A stretch of DNA of 62,902 nucleotides, counting the filler, from Sphacelaria rigidula (lineage: Eukaryota), in assembly GCA_964200075.2 (NCBI GenBank). It is 9 parts of 9 records of this genome, joined end to end, with 100 filler letters (N's around TTAATTAATTAA, not from the genome) between each part and the next. Parts side by side here need not be neighbours in the genome. Positions count along the whole stretch, not along the records: positions 49,003 to 55,902 come from CAXNAA020017506.1; positions 56,003 to 62,902 come from CAXNAA020017507.1; 7 more parts are not named here. One strand, 5' to 3'. Each line of letters starts with the position of its first letter. The stretch's first letter is position 1. Positions 49,071 to 60,650 of the stretch are shown piece by piece. The position numbers and the translations under genes are program-made. The notes under the pieces are model-generated. The model searched no databases. It worked only from the letters and a program-made list of their open reading frames with translations, and was not told the origin of the DNA.

Positions 49071-52000
49071 CCCCCCCAATTCTTGCTAATCAAAGTCTTT
49101 CCCCCCCGCTTCTAGGCCACGGGGAAGGAGTGCTGCATTCATCATCCTTCCCCCGTAGCGGGGAGATTTTCAGCGAGGGGTTGATCTTGATCCTGGTCGG
49201 TCACCACCCTCTAAAAACCAACCGTCACCTCGTGCTCGTGTCAGCCGTACAGACAGCACCTGTGTCCGACGAAGATGGTTTTGGGAGGCTCAGCGTCTCA
49301 CATATCGTGCAGACCCGAGGGGAATGGGCAGTGGGACAACAGAAAGGAAAAATATTAATATTGTTACTGAGGCGCGTCAATCACCAACCGATAAACATAC
49401 TCTCACCACGTACCCTACTGTGGTGTCGCGTTACGGCAGTCGCGAACGCACACCCACATATTTTACGTGGATCTAGCACTATTATTTCAACTCTTCAATT
49501 CTCCTTGATATACAACACATGGATCAAACGGCAGTTCGGCCGCTACCATCCTGGTTGCATGAAACAGTACACTTTGCCTTTTACATGCGGTGCCAACATG
49601 TGTAAACCTGTACGGAATTCGCCTGGCCAGCCAACCGAGCAACGACCAGCTCCCACATGGGTGATACAATGCACTCTTCTTTTATCATGCTGTGCACATG
49701 AGCCGCATCTCGCACATAACGTCAGCTTCATCTATTAGCCATCAAATATGGGTCACATGCGTTCTGCTGACCTGTAGCACAGGAATTTCATTTGTGCCCA
49801 CAGTCACTCTTCCGATATTATCATGATCAGGCCAAGCTACTAGTATTGCGCTATACTCAGTCCTTGCTCCTATCATAACAACGAAGTATTATCAACCAAT
49901 CCAGTCAAGAAGCCGATGCCTCGCGAATCCTACACCTCTCGGAGTGTGATAACAACGTTTTCACTTAGATGTCGAGTTTCGGAACCCACCTCTAATCTTG
50001 TGGTCTCAACCATCATTCATCCGCATACCCCTCTGCGGAACATTTTACCGACATCACCCTCTAGTCTAGTCAGACAGGGGTGCCCCACAGTCCTGCGCTC
50101 ATCGGGGTGGCAACAATGTTATACATAAGCGTTGAGTTTCGGCATCCATGTCAAAACATGTTCTCAACACTCTTCACGCACTTCACTCTGTGCAATTTTT
50201 ACCGACACCGTTCCACAGTCAAGTCAGGTCACGGTGCCCCGCTCTCCTCACACTTACAAAAACGGCAGACGATTTTCTATTCATCAATCGAGTCAAATAA
50301 GCGCGCAAGCAAATCTGCACTCATCCAGACAGAATATTCGTCAAATATCAACACTTAGTTTCGGTGTCCATATCAAAATATGGTCTCAGCATCGTCCAGA
50401 GATGTCAACATCTCGATCCACTTGAGCAACAATCTTTCCTTGGGTACATGAATCGCTATCTGCATGACGGTCACGAACACTCAAAAGATAAAAACAAAGG
50501 GGTATTTGAATCGTGCATAGGTCTCATGCCATCATTTTTTTCAAAAGGCTTCTGCGTCCGCTTCCGAACATACTGAAGAATCGCTGCTGCCCGACGACCC
50601 TACTGCCACCGCGGTATCTTCATCTCCTGTATCACAATCCTGGAGCGAGTGTCCTTTTTTTCCGCATGTTATACAATGTCGTTCCGGACAGTCACGCGCG
50701 AAGTGTGTTGTTTGCTTCCGGCAAATCCAACATCGCCTCTCCTTCGCAGAATCATTTTCACGCCCGTCTACTTTTGAATCCCCCGCACTTCCCGAAGTCC
50801 CTTGTAATTTTCTCTTCCGACTACTTTTGCCACTGTTCTTCCCAACTGACATCAAAGCTTGGCTATCCTTTCCCTTGTTATCTCTGATCATCTCGAACCC
50901 CGTTCTCAACGTCGCCAACAATTTTTCCACATCCAAGCCTTTCTGTGCGAGGAGGTGTTGTTTCTGGTGATCATAATCAGCTGTGAGTCCGGAGAAAAAG
51001 CGCGAATACTAATTTCTTCGGCATCCGTTGTTTGAGAGCCGTTTCCAGCGACACAATAACGTTATGATATTCTTGCCAGTATTCGCGGGGGTCCTGGCCA
51101 GTTTCCTGTGTCATATGGAAAAACTTCGCAACCAACGAGATCTGTTCACCACCAGTCAACGGCGCATATTACTCTTCCAATGCTCGCCACGGCACAGACG
51201 GTCCCTTACAGGAGTAGACGGTTTGCTTCACATGCTTATCCTTTATGAACTCACCAATCCCGCCCACAAGAGCCTGTACATCTGGATTTCATGTGGTGCT
51301 AGTCCCTGACTCACCAAATCCTCCTTACTTGCACCGTGAACCTGAATGCTTCGTGTGTCTCGTAGGGCGCTCATAAAACCTGCTGCACTGACTTGTGTCA
51401 GGAAATCATCACAAAACAACTGCCAATTTCCCTCCTGACCGTCAAACTTCTCATCGAATCTTTCATCAACACGAAAACAACTCTTCACGCCTAGATGAGG
51501 GTAGTACGCCGGGGACTCCTCGTTCATACTTACTTGGGCGGATCCATCGCCCGTGGATCCTCGGAGAGGGCCTGATACAATCCCTATACCGCGTGGTGAC
51601 CGGACCCTCCCTGTTGCGGCACCGGCGACGGTGTGCCCTCCGTCGCCTGCCTCCCCCTCCTCGTCCGCTGCCGCTCCGGGGCCAGTGGACGATGTCCCGC
51701 GCACTAACTGGGACACCTTTATCGTCTTCAGCTCCGCCAGCTGCTCGGTGATATCCGCCATCGGGTCTTGCAAGCTGGCGACATTCTCTTTAACCTCCAG
51801 CATCTCTGTTGGAGACGATTTGTCTCCTACGACAGCCGAGTGTCTTTCCGCAGTGCTCCAGTCCGCCATCGCTCCCTTGGCCACGAAGCTCCCAAGTTGG
51901 GTAGGGGCCCTAGAGTGTTTGAGTGTTTGTAGCTTCGTGACCCCGTGAGAGGATGGGGTGCAGACTCAACTCAGATAGTCGATCAATGGACACGACTGCG

Positions 52001-52270
52001 AAAGTCGATCAATGGACACGGCTGACTGCCGATCAAGATGAGGTAGAAATGTATGTAAAGCTTTGTTGATGAAGAAGGAAGGAAGGGGAGTGATCGCAGT
52101 TGGGATCAAGGTCCCAACATGCGACGAGAACCACTCACGTATGTCCAGTCACGAACATCACAATATGAAGTCATCCCGCGTAGTACCCGGAACTCAAACA
52201 GGTATATCACTAGACTTTTGTACCTTACCCTGACTAGGTGTATCTTACTGACCATCCCAGGCCATCCTAC
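49071..52270 (-). mobile_element. 5' part of a gag-only Ty1/copia-type LTR retrotransposon (5' LTR ~51924-52270)
   Basis: The LTR is homologous to 19210-19556, followed by a disrupted gag and then non-coding sequence shared with 20251-20902. Confidence 0.8.
50541..51884 (-). pseudogene. gag: copia-type gag, interrupted by stops and frameshifts
   Basis: KFDG..NW..F, W.ALEE.Y...Q..L..KF and two Zn knuckles, CWICRKQTTHFARDC and CITCGKKGHSLQDC. Split over ORFs 51243-51884, 50977-51159 and 50541-50936. Confidence 0.8.
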
Positions 52271-53837
52271 GGAGAGAGCGTAGTGGGCGTGTGCTTCCCG
52301 AGTGCAACAGCTAAACAATACAAGCACACAACACCCCATTAGTGCAGTCGCTGAAACAACTACATTTCCGCAACACTAACCACTCGCAGGCTTGTAAATA
52401 TGTACTCAAGGTAAAGTTCATTCCATATGAGCGAGATCGTCATTCGGAGATGACGTCTGTATCTGTGATTGATACGATTGGCTCGATTACGGGTCATTTT
52501 TCTGCAGCGGATAGTGGTCGTTCCATTTTACAGATATATAGTGCCCAAAATCGGGCCCCATTCACCCCCATAACTGTGGGCATGAGTCACATTGCTGGTT
52601 TCAGAGATGATCCACCCGTTCAATATACCATGATGGTGACGATTTTGACAGTGTCGCGAGACTTGTGTATCGACCGTAATCCTACAACAGTACAGCAGTT
52701 CACACTATCCCCGCCGCAGATCAAACCGTCTTCGCAGGGTTCCGATGCACCATCTTATCGTATCAGCTACAGAACAAGGATGATGCGTCTGGGCATCTTT
52801 CTCGTTGCGAAAATTCAAAACATCCCACACATTATGACATTTTTTCAACTTCGACAAGACGGCACTGCGTGCCGACTACTCTTTTTCGGAACGCAATATC
52901 AGAACAGCAGCTCGGGCAATTCCGTCGGAGAGACTTTTTTTTTCTTGACACAGTCTGGACACACCATAGTTATGGGGGTGAATGAAGGCCTTACGGACCA
53001 AAAATCCGTTCACCACAAAAAACGAATGGACGCGGAGGGATATTGAAGACGTATTGAAGACGGCATGGACTGTTCGGACCTCTGCCGAACCTCTGCCTGC
53101 AGCATAGCACACGCCCCATCCCAAGTTATCTGGGTTTAGAATGCGACAGCTGTAATTTTTTTCATCCGCAGTTCTCGAGACAGGAAGCAAACCGGCCTGT
53201 GGCACTGCACAGACCCCCGTACACACACTAGATCTATTCAGTGTGGCGGCGGAGGTGCTCAATTCGCCACAGCGGATCCGAAAAGCCCCAGAACGTTGCA
53301 GGAACGCGTTTTCAGAACATTTCGTGTTTGGTTTCGTGGCACGCGTTACGGAAACCTGCTTGAAAAACTTGATGGTTCTGGTGTGTGGGAGGCGCATGCA
53401 TCAAACCGCAGTCCAATCCTCTACTTTGTCGCCGAGAAAATAGAGTTGAAAGATAAGCACAACAACATACTGCAACAAGACAGGCACAACAACACGAGCA
53501 GCGGCTTCTATCCTCCTACTGTTGTAACCCTGTGTACAGGTTGACAGCAACGTCAGTCACAGGTGTGTTGTAAAATGTATTAAGGCAATACTACATCTTG
53601 TATCGGCGCCGTCGTCATTTCGAGTGACGCGTGTACGTGTGATTGATACTAGTTGGCTTATTTAGGTTTCATTTCTTCTGCATTCAACTGACTGTGTAGT
53701 TGGTTGATCCATTTTCCAGGTATTTAGTGCCCAAAGTCGGGCCCCAATCACCCCATAACAGTGTAGTGACAGGTTCCGCGTACATGAAAGAACCATGAGT
53801 GTGTGCTGAGTGTATTACAGGTAGTGAAAACAAATCG

Positions 53838-54056
53838 ACTCAACGGTTGACGAGGGAAAAGGATTGCTGAGCCCCTCTCGCGAAAAAAATAAAGGCGAGC
53901 ACCGCAGAAGAAAGGTGGGGTACAAAAACAAACAAAAATAGAAGAGGAGGCTCCTGTTTTGACCTTCCTCCTGGGTGACCCCGGCTGGTGCGCCCGCATA
54001 TACCGATAGGTGTACACCGGCATCCGGAACAGATGGGTCGACAACACACACACACA
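53838..54056 (+). mobile_element. 5'-truncated tRNA-derived SINE with (CA)n tail
   Basis: Homologous to 1100-1330. Confidence 0.8.
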
Positions 54057-55307
54057 AGGCAAAAAAGATTATATTTTTGTTTCTTGCCAAACATATTCAA
54101 GTCCCGCGGCGTTCCAACCGTTGCCCCATATTTGGCAACGGCCGGCCAAAACTAAAGTCGTATTTAGGCGGGGGAGGGGGGGCATCACTTTCGTGTTGCA
54201 GAGAGCTCCTCGGGGGTGTTGGTAGCGGTGGGCATTGCTGTGTGGGTGTCAATTTTTGGGGGCTGAGCATTGTGTGCACTGTCAATGGTTAGACCGCGGG
54301 TGCTTCCTACCGGTCTTTCTGAATCCCAGATTTGCAGCCATCTTTGGAGCGATTAACTTGCGATCACTACGTGGGTACAGCGGGATTATATGCCCAACTG
54401 AGTCAACTACTCATGCAAATAGTGCTGAGGAGTTGGGGCAACGTGCTATCGATGGGGTGTACTTCTACTCCATGTCTACAGGCGTGCTGCGTTGGTACTC
54501 CTATCCTCACCAAGTAGTGTCGGACCCGCGGGCCAAGTCGAGTTGTTCCAGCGATGCCCACCGACCTGTTGCGCGGGTCAGTGAACGAAGATTCGACACC
54601 ACGAGCTCTTATTCGGCCCCTTTCCTGAGCAGCGGCGACCGCACCTACAGTCAAACCTCGGCGCTGGTACCGCATGCTCCTCCTCCCGCCCCCACTTTTC
54701 CTTGACTGGATTCCTCACCAACCCCCACTGCTTTTTTTCTTCTTAATTTTCAAAATTGGTTTTGTTGGGTCGTTGGTGTAGTCGGCGGGTTCAACTCCCG
54801 TTGCCCTCGCACCTCTCGCGGTGGTTGCTGCTATCCCTGCTGCACCGGGGTGAGTGACATCGCGTCATGGAAACCTACATGCCGTGTCCCGCGGGCAGCG
54901 TAGCTCAGCCTGTTGAGGGAAGTGGCTGTTGAGGCGCCGATCCCGACTCTCTATCGTGAGGTGCTGTTGCTTGTCTGGGTGTTCGCGCAGCTTCTGCCAC
55001 GTTGTGTTTTTCCCAAATTGTTTCGAACACGTTTGAAAACCACCACTTGTACCGTACTTGACTGTCTTGCACCTGTGACTGTTCGTTGCCTTGCTCAGTA
55101 TTGGCGAGCGCGGAGTGCTTTTTGAGCGTGGGAACCGAACATCACTGAGCGAGGGTGGGCGGATGTGCATTTTCTTCTCTCGCAGTGACCCCTATCATCA
55201 TGTTGTGCCGTCACTCGCCACTCCGTGACCTGATCCTATATTTCGTCATCCGCCAACACAAATCTCAGATTTCTTTGAAATCCTACCATGATTAATTCTT
55301 CAAACAG

Positions 55308-55515
55308 TGAAGATCCGTTGCACGGTATCTACGCAGCTACCTGCACCAGCGTCGTCGTTTCTGGCATTGGTGACCTGGACGGAACATATACGGATGCGCC
55401 CAACAGTACCTGGGACTACTATGCTCTTAGGCTTGGAGGCACCGACTTATTCGAAGTATATAGATACGGCGATACCTGGTATATCAGCAACGGGGACAAC
55501 ACCCTTCAGTACGCG
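55308..55515 (+). CDS. internal exon of an unidentified, probably extracellular protein
   Basis: AAACAG acceptor and GTGAG donor. Encodes EDPLHGIYAATCTSVVVSGIGDLDGTY...FEVYRYGDTWYISNGDNTLQYA, which is protein-like and aromatic/beta-rich. Confidence 0.65.
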
Positions 55516-56980
55516 GTGAGCCATGTGGACTTTTGAGTGAGGTTGGCGTCCAGCGGCAGTAGATACCGTCGTGGCGCCTAGACTAGGTGCTGCCTGCTCG
55601 TGCTACGCGGATTCACGCCCGTGGCTCTCTTCTTCCCCGCGATGATCCACGAGAGAACAAACTACTCTGGTGGGGCACAGGAGAATCAAACTTGGGGAAA
55701 TGAGTCGGTATGGGCCGTCCGAAAACACTCGCTTCTGTCGTGTGTGGCTGATATGGGTGGCGAGATGTGATGCATGTTGATCAGCAACGAAAAACCGATT
55801 TTCGAAAGTGGGGTTGAAAAAAATGAGGTTCAACTCAAAAGCCGTGCTTTCCCTGACCTAAATTCATGACGAATGACTTTCATATGGACCACCCCATCCC
55901 TCNNNNNNNNNNNNNNNNNNNNNNNNNNNNNNNNNNNNNNNNNNNNTTAATTAATTAANNNNNNNNNNNNNNNNNNNNNNNNNNNNNNNNNNNNNNNNNN
56001 NNCCAACCCCATCGGGGGTCCGCCCCTACAAAGCCGGGACGGAGCACGCCGGGTTCTCGCCGGACCAGGCTAATCTCGCCTAATCTCGGTTTCGGGGGGG
56101 GGGGGGGGGCCATCGTAGAAAGTGTCCAAAGAGGGCTGACTTGACGTGTTGGTCATGATCCAATCCGCGACACCAAAACGTAAGGCGTGCAGCGTGTACC
56201 CGGGGGTGGGATGGGCTGACCCCTTGAGACCACGGAAAATATCCCTAGGAAGGCGAGGGGTTGGACGTGTCGGAGAAAAACAAGAAATGGAATTGCCGTG
56301 TCCTGAAGAAGCTGATATGCACTAGGAAATAGTTCGTTGACAATACTCCCCCTCCATTTCGTAGCTACCCAATACATTATTCACGAGATTTCATGGGCTT
56401 TTTTTTACGGTGCTGGGTATGTTGCGGTCTTTGCTCTGCCACGTCATGGGATCTACGGCACTCATGTCTCGGTTTTTTTTTTTGGTGGGATGACGATGCA
56501 TTCGAAGTTTCCGGATCGCCGATACCGACACTCTGGTGTCCTCTCCACGAAATATTTCATCTCTAGGGTACACATCTAGGACCGAAGCAAACAGTATCAC
56601 ATCTCCACCTCACTTTTTTCCCGTCACCCTTTCACTCCCCCCATACACACCTAAGCTTCTCGGGACGAGTCCGTGATCTCAAGAGATGAACCCATCTCTC
56701 TCTTCCCCGGTACACACCTTGCGTTTTGGTATCGCGCATTAATTGGATCATGACCACTCCCGCACTGCGTCGGCTCTCGTCAAACAAACGTCTCTGCTTG
56801 GCTAAATGAACACGGAGTAACGGTGTCCGTCTGAAACCGCAGACGACCAGACACAAGAAGTGGTTTCCACTTGACACCGTCACTTTGTACGTATAGTATT
56901 CACGTAAGATGATGACGAGTTCGGGAGCCAGAAAACGAAGTAGGGAAGACGATTTTACGGTTGCGCCCCCCACCGCACAG

Positions 56981-57055
56981 GTCGCGCTCGACTACGCTAG
57001 GGCGGACGGTGTGAAATTGAGGGAGAGGTTGCAGGTCGCGGAGAGGGAAGCTGTG
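56981..57055 (+). CDS. coiled-coil protein of unknown function, exon A
   Basis: CACAG|...|GTGAG, 75 nt. Encodes VALDYARADGVKLRERLQVAEREAV. Confidence 0.65.
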
Positions 57056-57850
57056 GTGAGAGTTTGAAAGTAATTTTCTCGCGAATTTTGTGTTTTTGGT
57101 ATCACGTACGTACCTACAAGAGCCGAATATCCGCGGTCGTTCTTTTCTCATTGAGCCCGCCAGCGGTATGTGTGAGACTCATCAAGTTTATTCGATAAGT
57201 GAAAAAAAAAATGGCATTCGATTCCTGTCCGAAGCGACGGCACAGGAGTTGCCAGATAATACCCTGCAAGTGAGTATCGTAGAAGCGATTTTGTTGTTAC
57301 TCACCTCTGTCTTTGAGCACCCATTTTGCTGGTCGATTGATTGGTTGAATGATCGATTGTCGCACTTTAACTGACCCCCCAGGGGTCCAGCAGTGTTTTC
57401 ATGGTAGATGTACCCAAGACAAAACGAAACTGAAACACTCGCTGAAGAAGAAAAAGGAACAGAAAAAAAGTCGAACAGAACGACATAGTGGACTAAGACG
57501 TGAAAAACAAAAACAATTCAAAAAGTCAACAAAAGCAAAGCACAGATAGAAACGGCCGATCTGAAACAAAAACAAAAAAAGAAGAGGAAAGAAAAATTGT
57601 ATCGTATGTAAATATTGCTATAGACGGGTGGGGGGTCAGAACATGACATTATAAAAGCGTCAAAACGGTGGGGGACCGACCACCCCTTTCTCGAGTTTCC
57701 TCCGCGAGTGCTTTCGTTTTTGTTTACCTTGGGCACGTGAATTTTGTGGAGAATGATCGACGACCGGATCTTGACTCGTAGAGCATCAGTTCATGTACGA
57801 CAGTCAACCAAACGGCGTCGATCTCTATCGACCATGCGGTGCGCGGGCAG

Positions 57851-57957
57851 GATCTACAGGAGCAATCAAGGGGTGTCGAAGGAAGCTCACGTTCCGGTGG
57901 CAGCTCTGGAGGAGGGCCCGCGCTATCCGAGGATGATCAGAGGCAAAAGGATGACGA
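57851..57957 (+). CDS. coiled-coil protein, exon B
   Basis: GCAG|...|GTGAG. Encodes DLQEQSRGVEGSSRSGGSSGGGPALSEDDQRQKDD(E). Phases 0/2 fit both neighbouring exons. Confidence 0.6.
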
Positions 57958-60054
57958 GTGAGAAAAATACGGTGATATTTTCGGCAACGAAAAACCCCAT
58001 AATTCAGCTCTCGACCGGCAGAATGCATACAAGAATAGCGGCACAAGTTGCAAGTTGTAATCTCCGTTTGACCGCGTGACTGAACAGTAGATGAGCGAGA
58101 GTTCAGGTGGAAGAGCGTTGCTGTGCACCGGTGTGCCACATGTGTGTGGTGTGTGTCTACAGTGTCGCTCGATCTCCTCAGCGTGTGTTGACAAATCTAA
58201 TCTGCGAAATTTATACACAAAGTTCGGGATTCGGTTTGACCACATGAGGCGGAGGGGTATGAACCGACGCTTAAGTTTGAGTCTGTCTCGGTGGATGAGA
58301 AGCGCGAGAAAGAACCGATCGCTTCTGCCTTTGGTTTCATGCATCTACCATACCAACCTTGCAATACCACTCACATGATGAGAGCGGCACGAACAGGGGG
58401 AGGGTACAGTGACGATACCTTCAATTTCGAGTACCACCCAGTGTGTCGCGCAACCCTGTACACCGCCTGGTCCCTCCGTGACGTCGGAGACCTCCACCGT
58501 GTCGGGGAGATATCTCTGTGAAATCCCAGCTCTTGTACAGCTTTGGCCCGAGACATGGCCGTGTCGTGTTCAAGTGTCATACTATCCACTCAATCGTTCG
58601 GTTTGTCTGTTCTACCTCTTGTTTTTTTGTTTTCTTCAATTTCAGCAAGTGTTTCAGTTTTTTGTTTTTCGTCTCGGGTACGTACGTCCATCATGTGGAT
58701 AATGACCACTACCACGGCTAGATCATGACTCTTGGGGGATCAGTAAAGGTGAGACAATCAATCAATCAATCAACCCACCAACCGATCGTAACCGTCCATC
58801 ATGTGGATAATGACCACTACCACGGCTAGATCATGACTCTTGGGGGATCAGTAAAGGTGAGACAATCAATCAATCAATCAATCAATCAACCAACCAATCG
58901 TAACCAATCATTTAGTTAGCGCTGGCTAAGCGACCCCGTGGTTTTGTTTCATGTTGACATAAGTTATTCCCGGTTAATCCCGGTGTTCGTCCAAGAGTTT
59001 TGTTGGACATGTCACGATAACCACTGAGCCACTCAGTTAACGCTGACTGAGTGACTCAGTGGTTATTGGGATGTCTCAACATGTACAGCCTGTGCCCCGC
59101 CAAGATCCTCATGTAGCCGTTGCCTTGTTCAAATCGGAAGCGTTAGCGTCGGTCGTCACTCCACATATGATGAGAGGGTGCTAGAAATACACATTGAGGA
59201 ACTGGAGCTCACAGCGAACGGCCAAGCAGGCCCGTGAGGGATCTGCCTGTTAGGGATAGACTTTGGCATGGACTATCCATATCCAGGTAATGCTCAGTAA
59301 TACAGCGCAGGCAACATGTGTCGTTTGACAGGATTAAGATACGAACTCTTGAAAGGAGGAGCACAAGAAAACTCGCGAGCACATCGCGAGTCCTACTCTT
59401 TCACTCTTCACCTTTCCAACTTCTCAACTGGACTTCGACAGCCCATCGTACTCTACAAGTCTGTGTTGGCCATAAGCGCCCATTCAACATCAAATCTTTC
59501 GTCTTGCACAGTTCAGCCACAGCTCGCACAGCAGCTTAACATCTGCTAGCGCCAGCCTGCTGCAGCCACTTGTGGATGTACAGCAAAACATCTATGGCAC
59601 TGCCTGTTGATAGACTCTGTTTGAGTTGCCGAGGACTGTGGATAGCGCCGAGTATCTTTATAGGGGGAGGCTGTCTATGTTTCTTGGCTCAGAGGGTCTA
59701 TTTCATAGTTCGACAGAAAATAAGAGGCAAAAGCTCAAACATCGTCAGCGACAAGTCAACAATGATTGGTCTTCTGAAGGTGCTTGTACTTGCAAGATAA
59801 ATAAATCTAAACGTGAAGTCTGATCGTATTCAACATGGAAGCCGTCGAAAAAGAAAGCGCGTCGCGTTTGTTCGTTGGTCGATTTTCTTCGATTCGAAAG
59901 TGTAAGTGTAGGCTCTGTGAAGACGACTTCATCACCAAAATAAAAGACAAGCAGTTATTACGCAAGCAAGAAGCAAAATGAAAAAAATAAAAAGAAGGCA
60001 AAGGGAGCGAATCATACGCTCTGCACACATCCCGGTCACTTGAAAATGCTTGTC

Positions 60055-60431
60055 TGTGTGTGTGTGTGTGTTGCCATCCCATCTACTCTGGACGCCAGTC
60101 TACACCTTTCGAAATATGTGGGCGCACCAGCCGGGGTCACACAGGAGGAAGGCCAACACAACAGGATTTTTTTCTCTTTTGTTTACCTTAGTTCTTCACC
60201 TTCCTTCTGCGGTGCTTGCCTTTATTTTTTATCTCGAGAGGGGTTCAGCAGCAGTCCCTTTCCCTCGTCGACCGTGAAGTCGAAAGTTGTGTACCCACGT
60301 CGTAGTCGCTCTCAACTGTTAGGTATTTTGTGAGGAAAAAACCCAGATCGTGTGACTGCACCGAGATTCGAACCCACGACCTAACCGTCAGAGGGTTTCG
60401 AGGTTACCAATTGAGCCACCGGGGCGACCGG
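60055..60431 (-). mobile_element. tRNA-derived SINE, full length
   Basis: Minus strand GCCCCGGTGGCTCAATTGG...GGTTCGAATC (A and B boxes), with the (CA)n tail at 60055-60070. Confidence 0.85.
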
Positions 60432-60463
60432 TCCTTGTCTGTGGTTCGAATTGATCACTCCAG

Positions 60464-60650
60464 GTACGAGATGTTCAAGGGTCTACTCGCCGCATTCGAC
60501 GAAGAGCGACGAACGTTCAGAGCACGGCTCCGCGAGCAGCAGTTGTTGATGCAGGAAGCCGTGCAAGACGTGCTCTTTTTGAAGCAAAGGAACGATGAGC
60601 TTGAGCGTCGGTTGCGAGAAGCCGCGGAATGGGAGCTTGACGTGCGATGA
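60464..60650 (+). CDS. coiled-coil protein, last coding exon
   Basis: CCAG acceptor. Encodes YEMFKGLLAAFDEERRTFRARLREQQLLMQEAVQDVLFLKQRNDELERRLREAAEWELDVR-TGA, which is heptad-rich. Confidence 0.75.
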
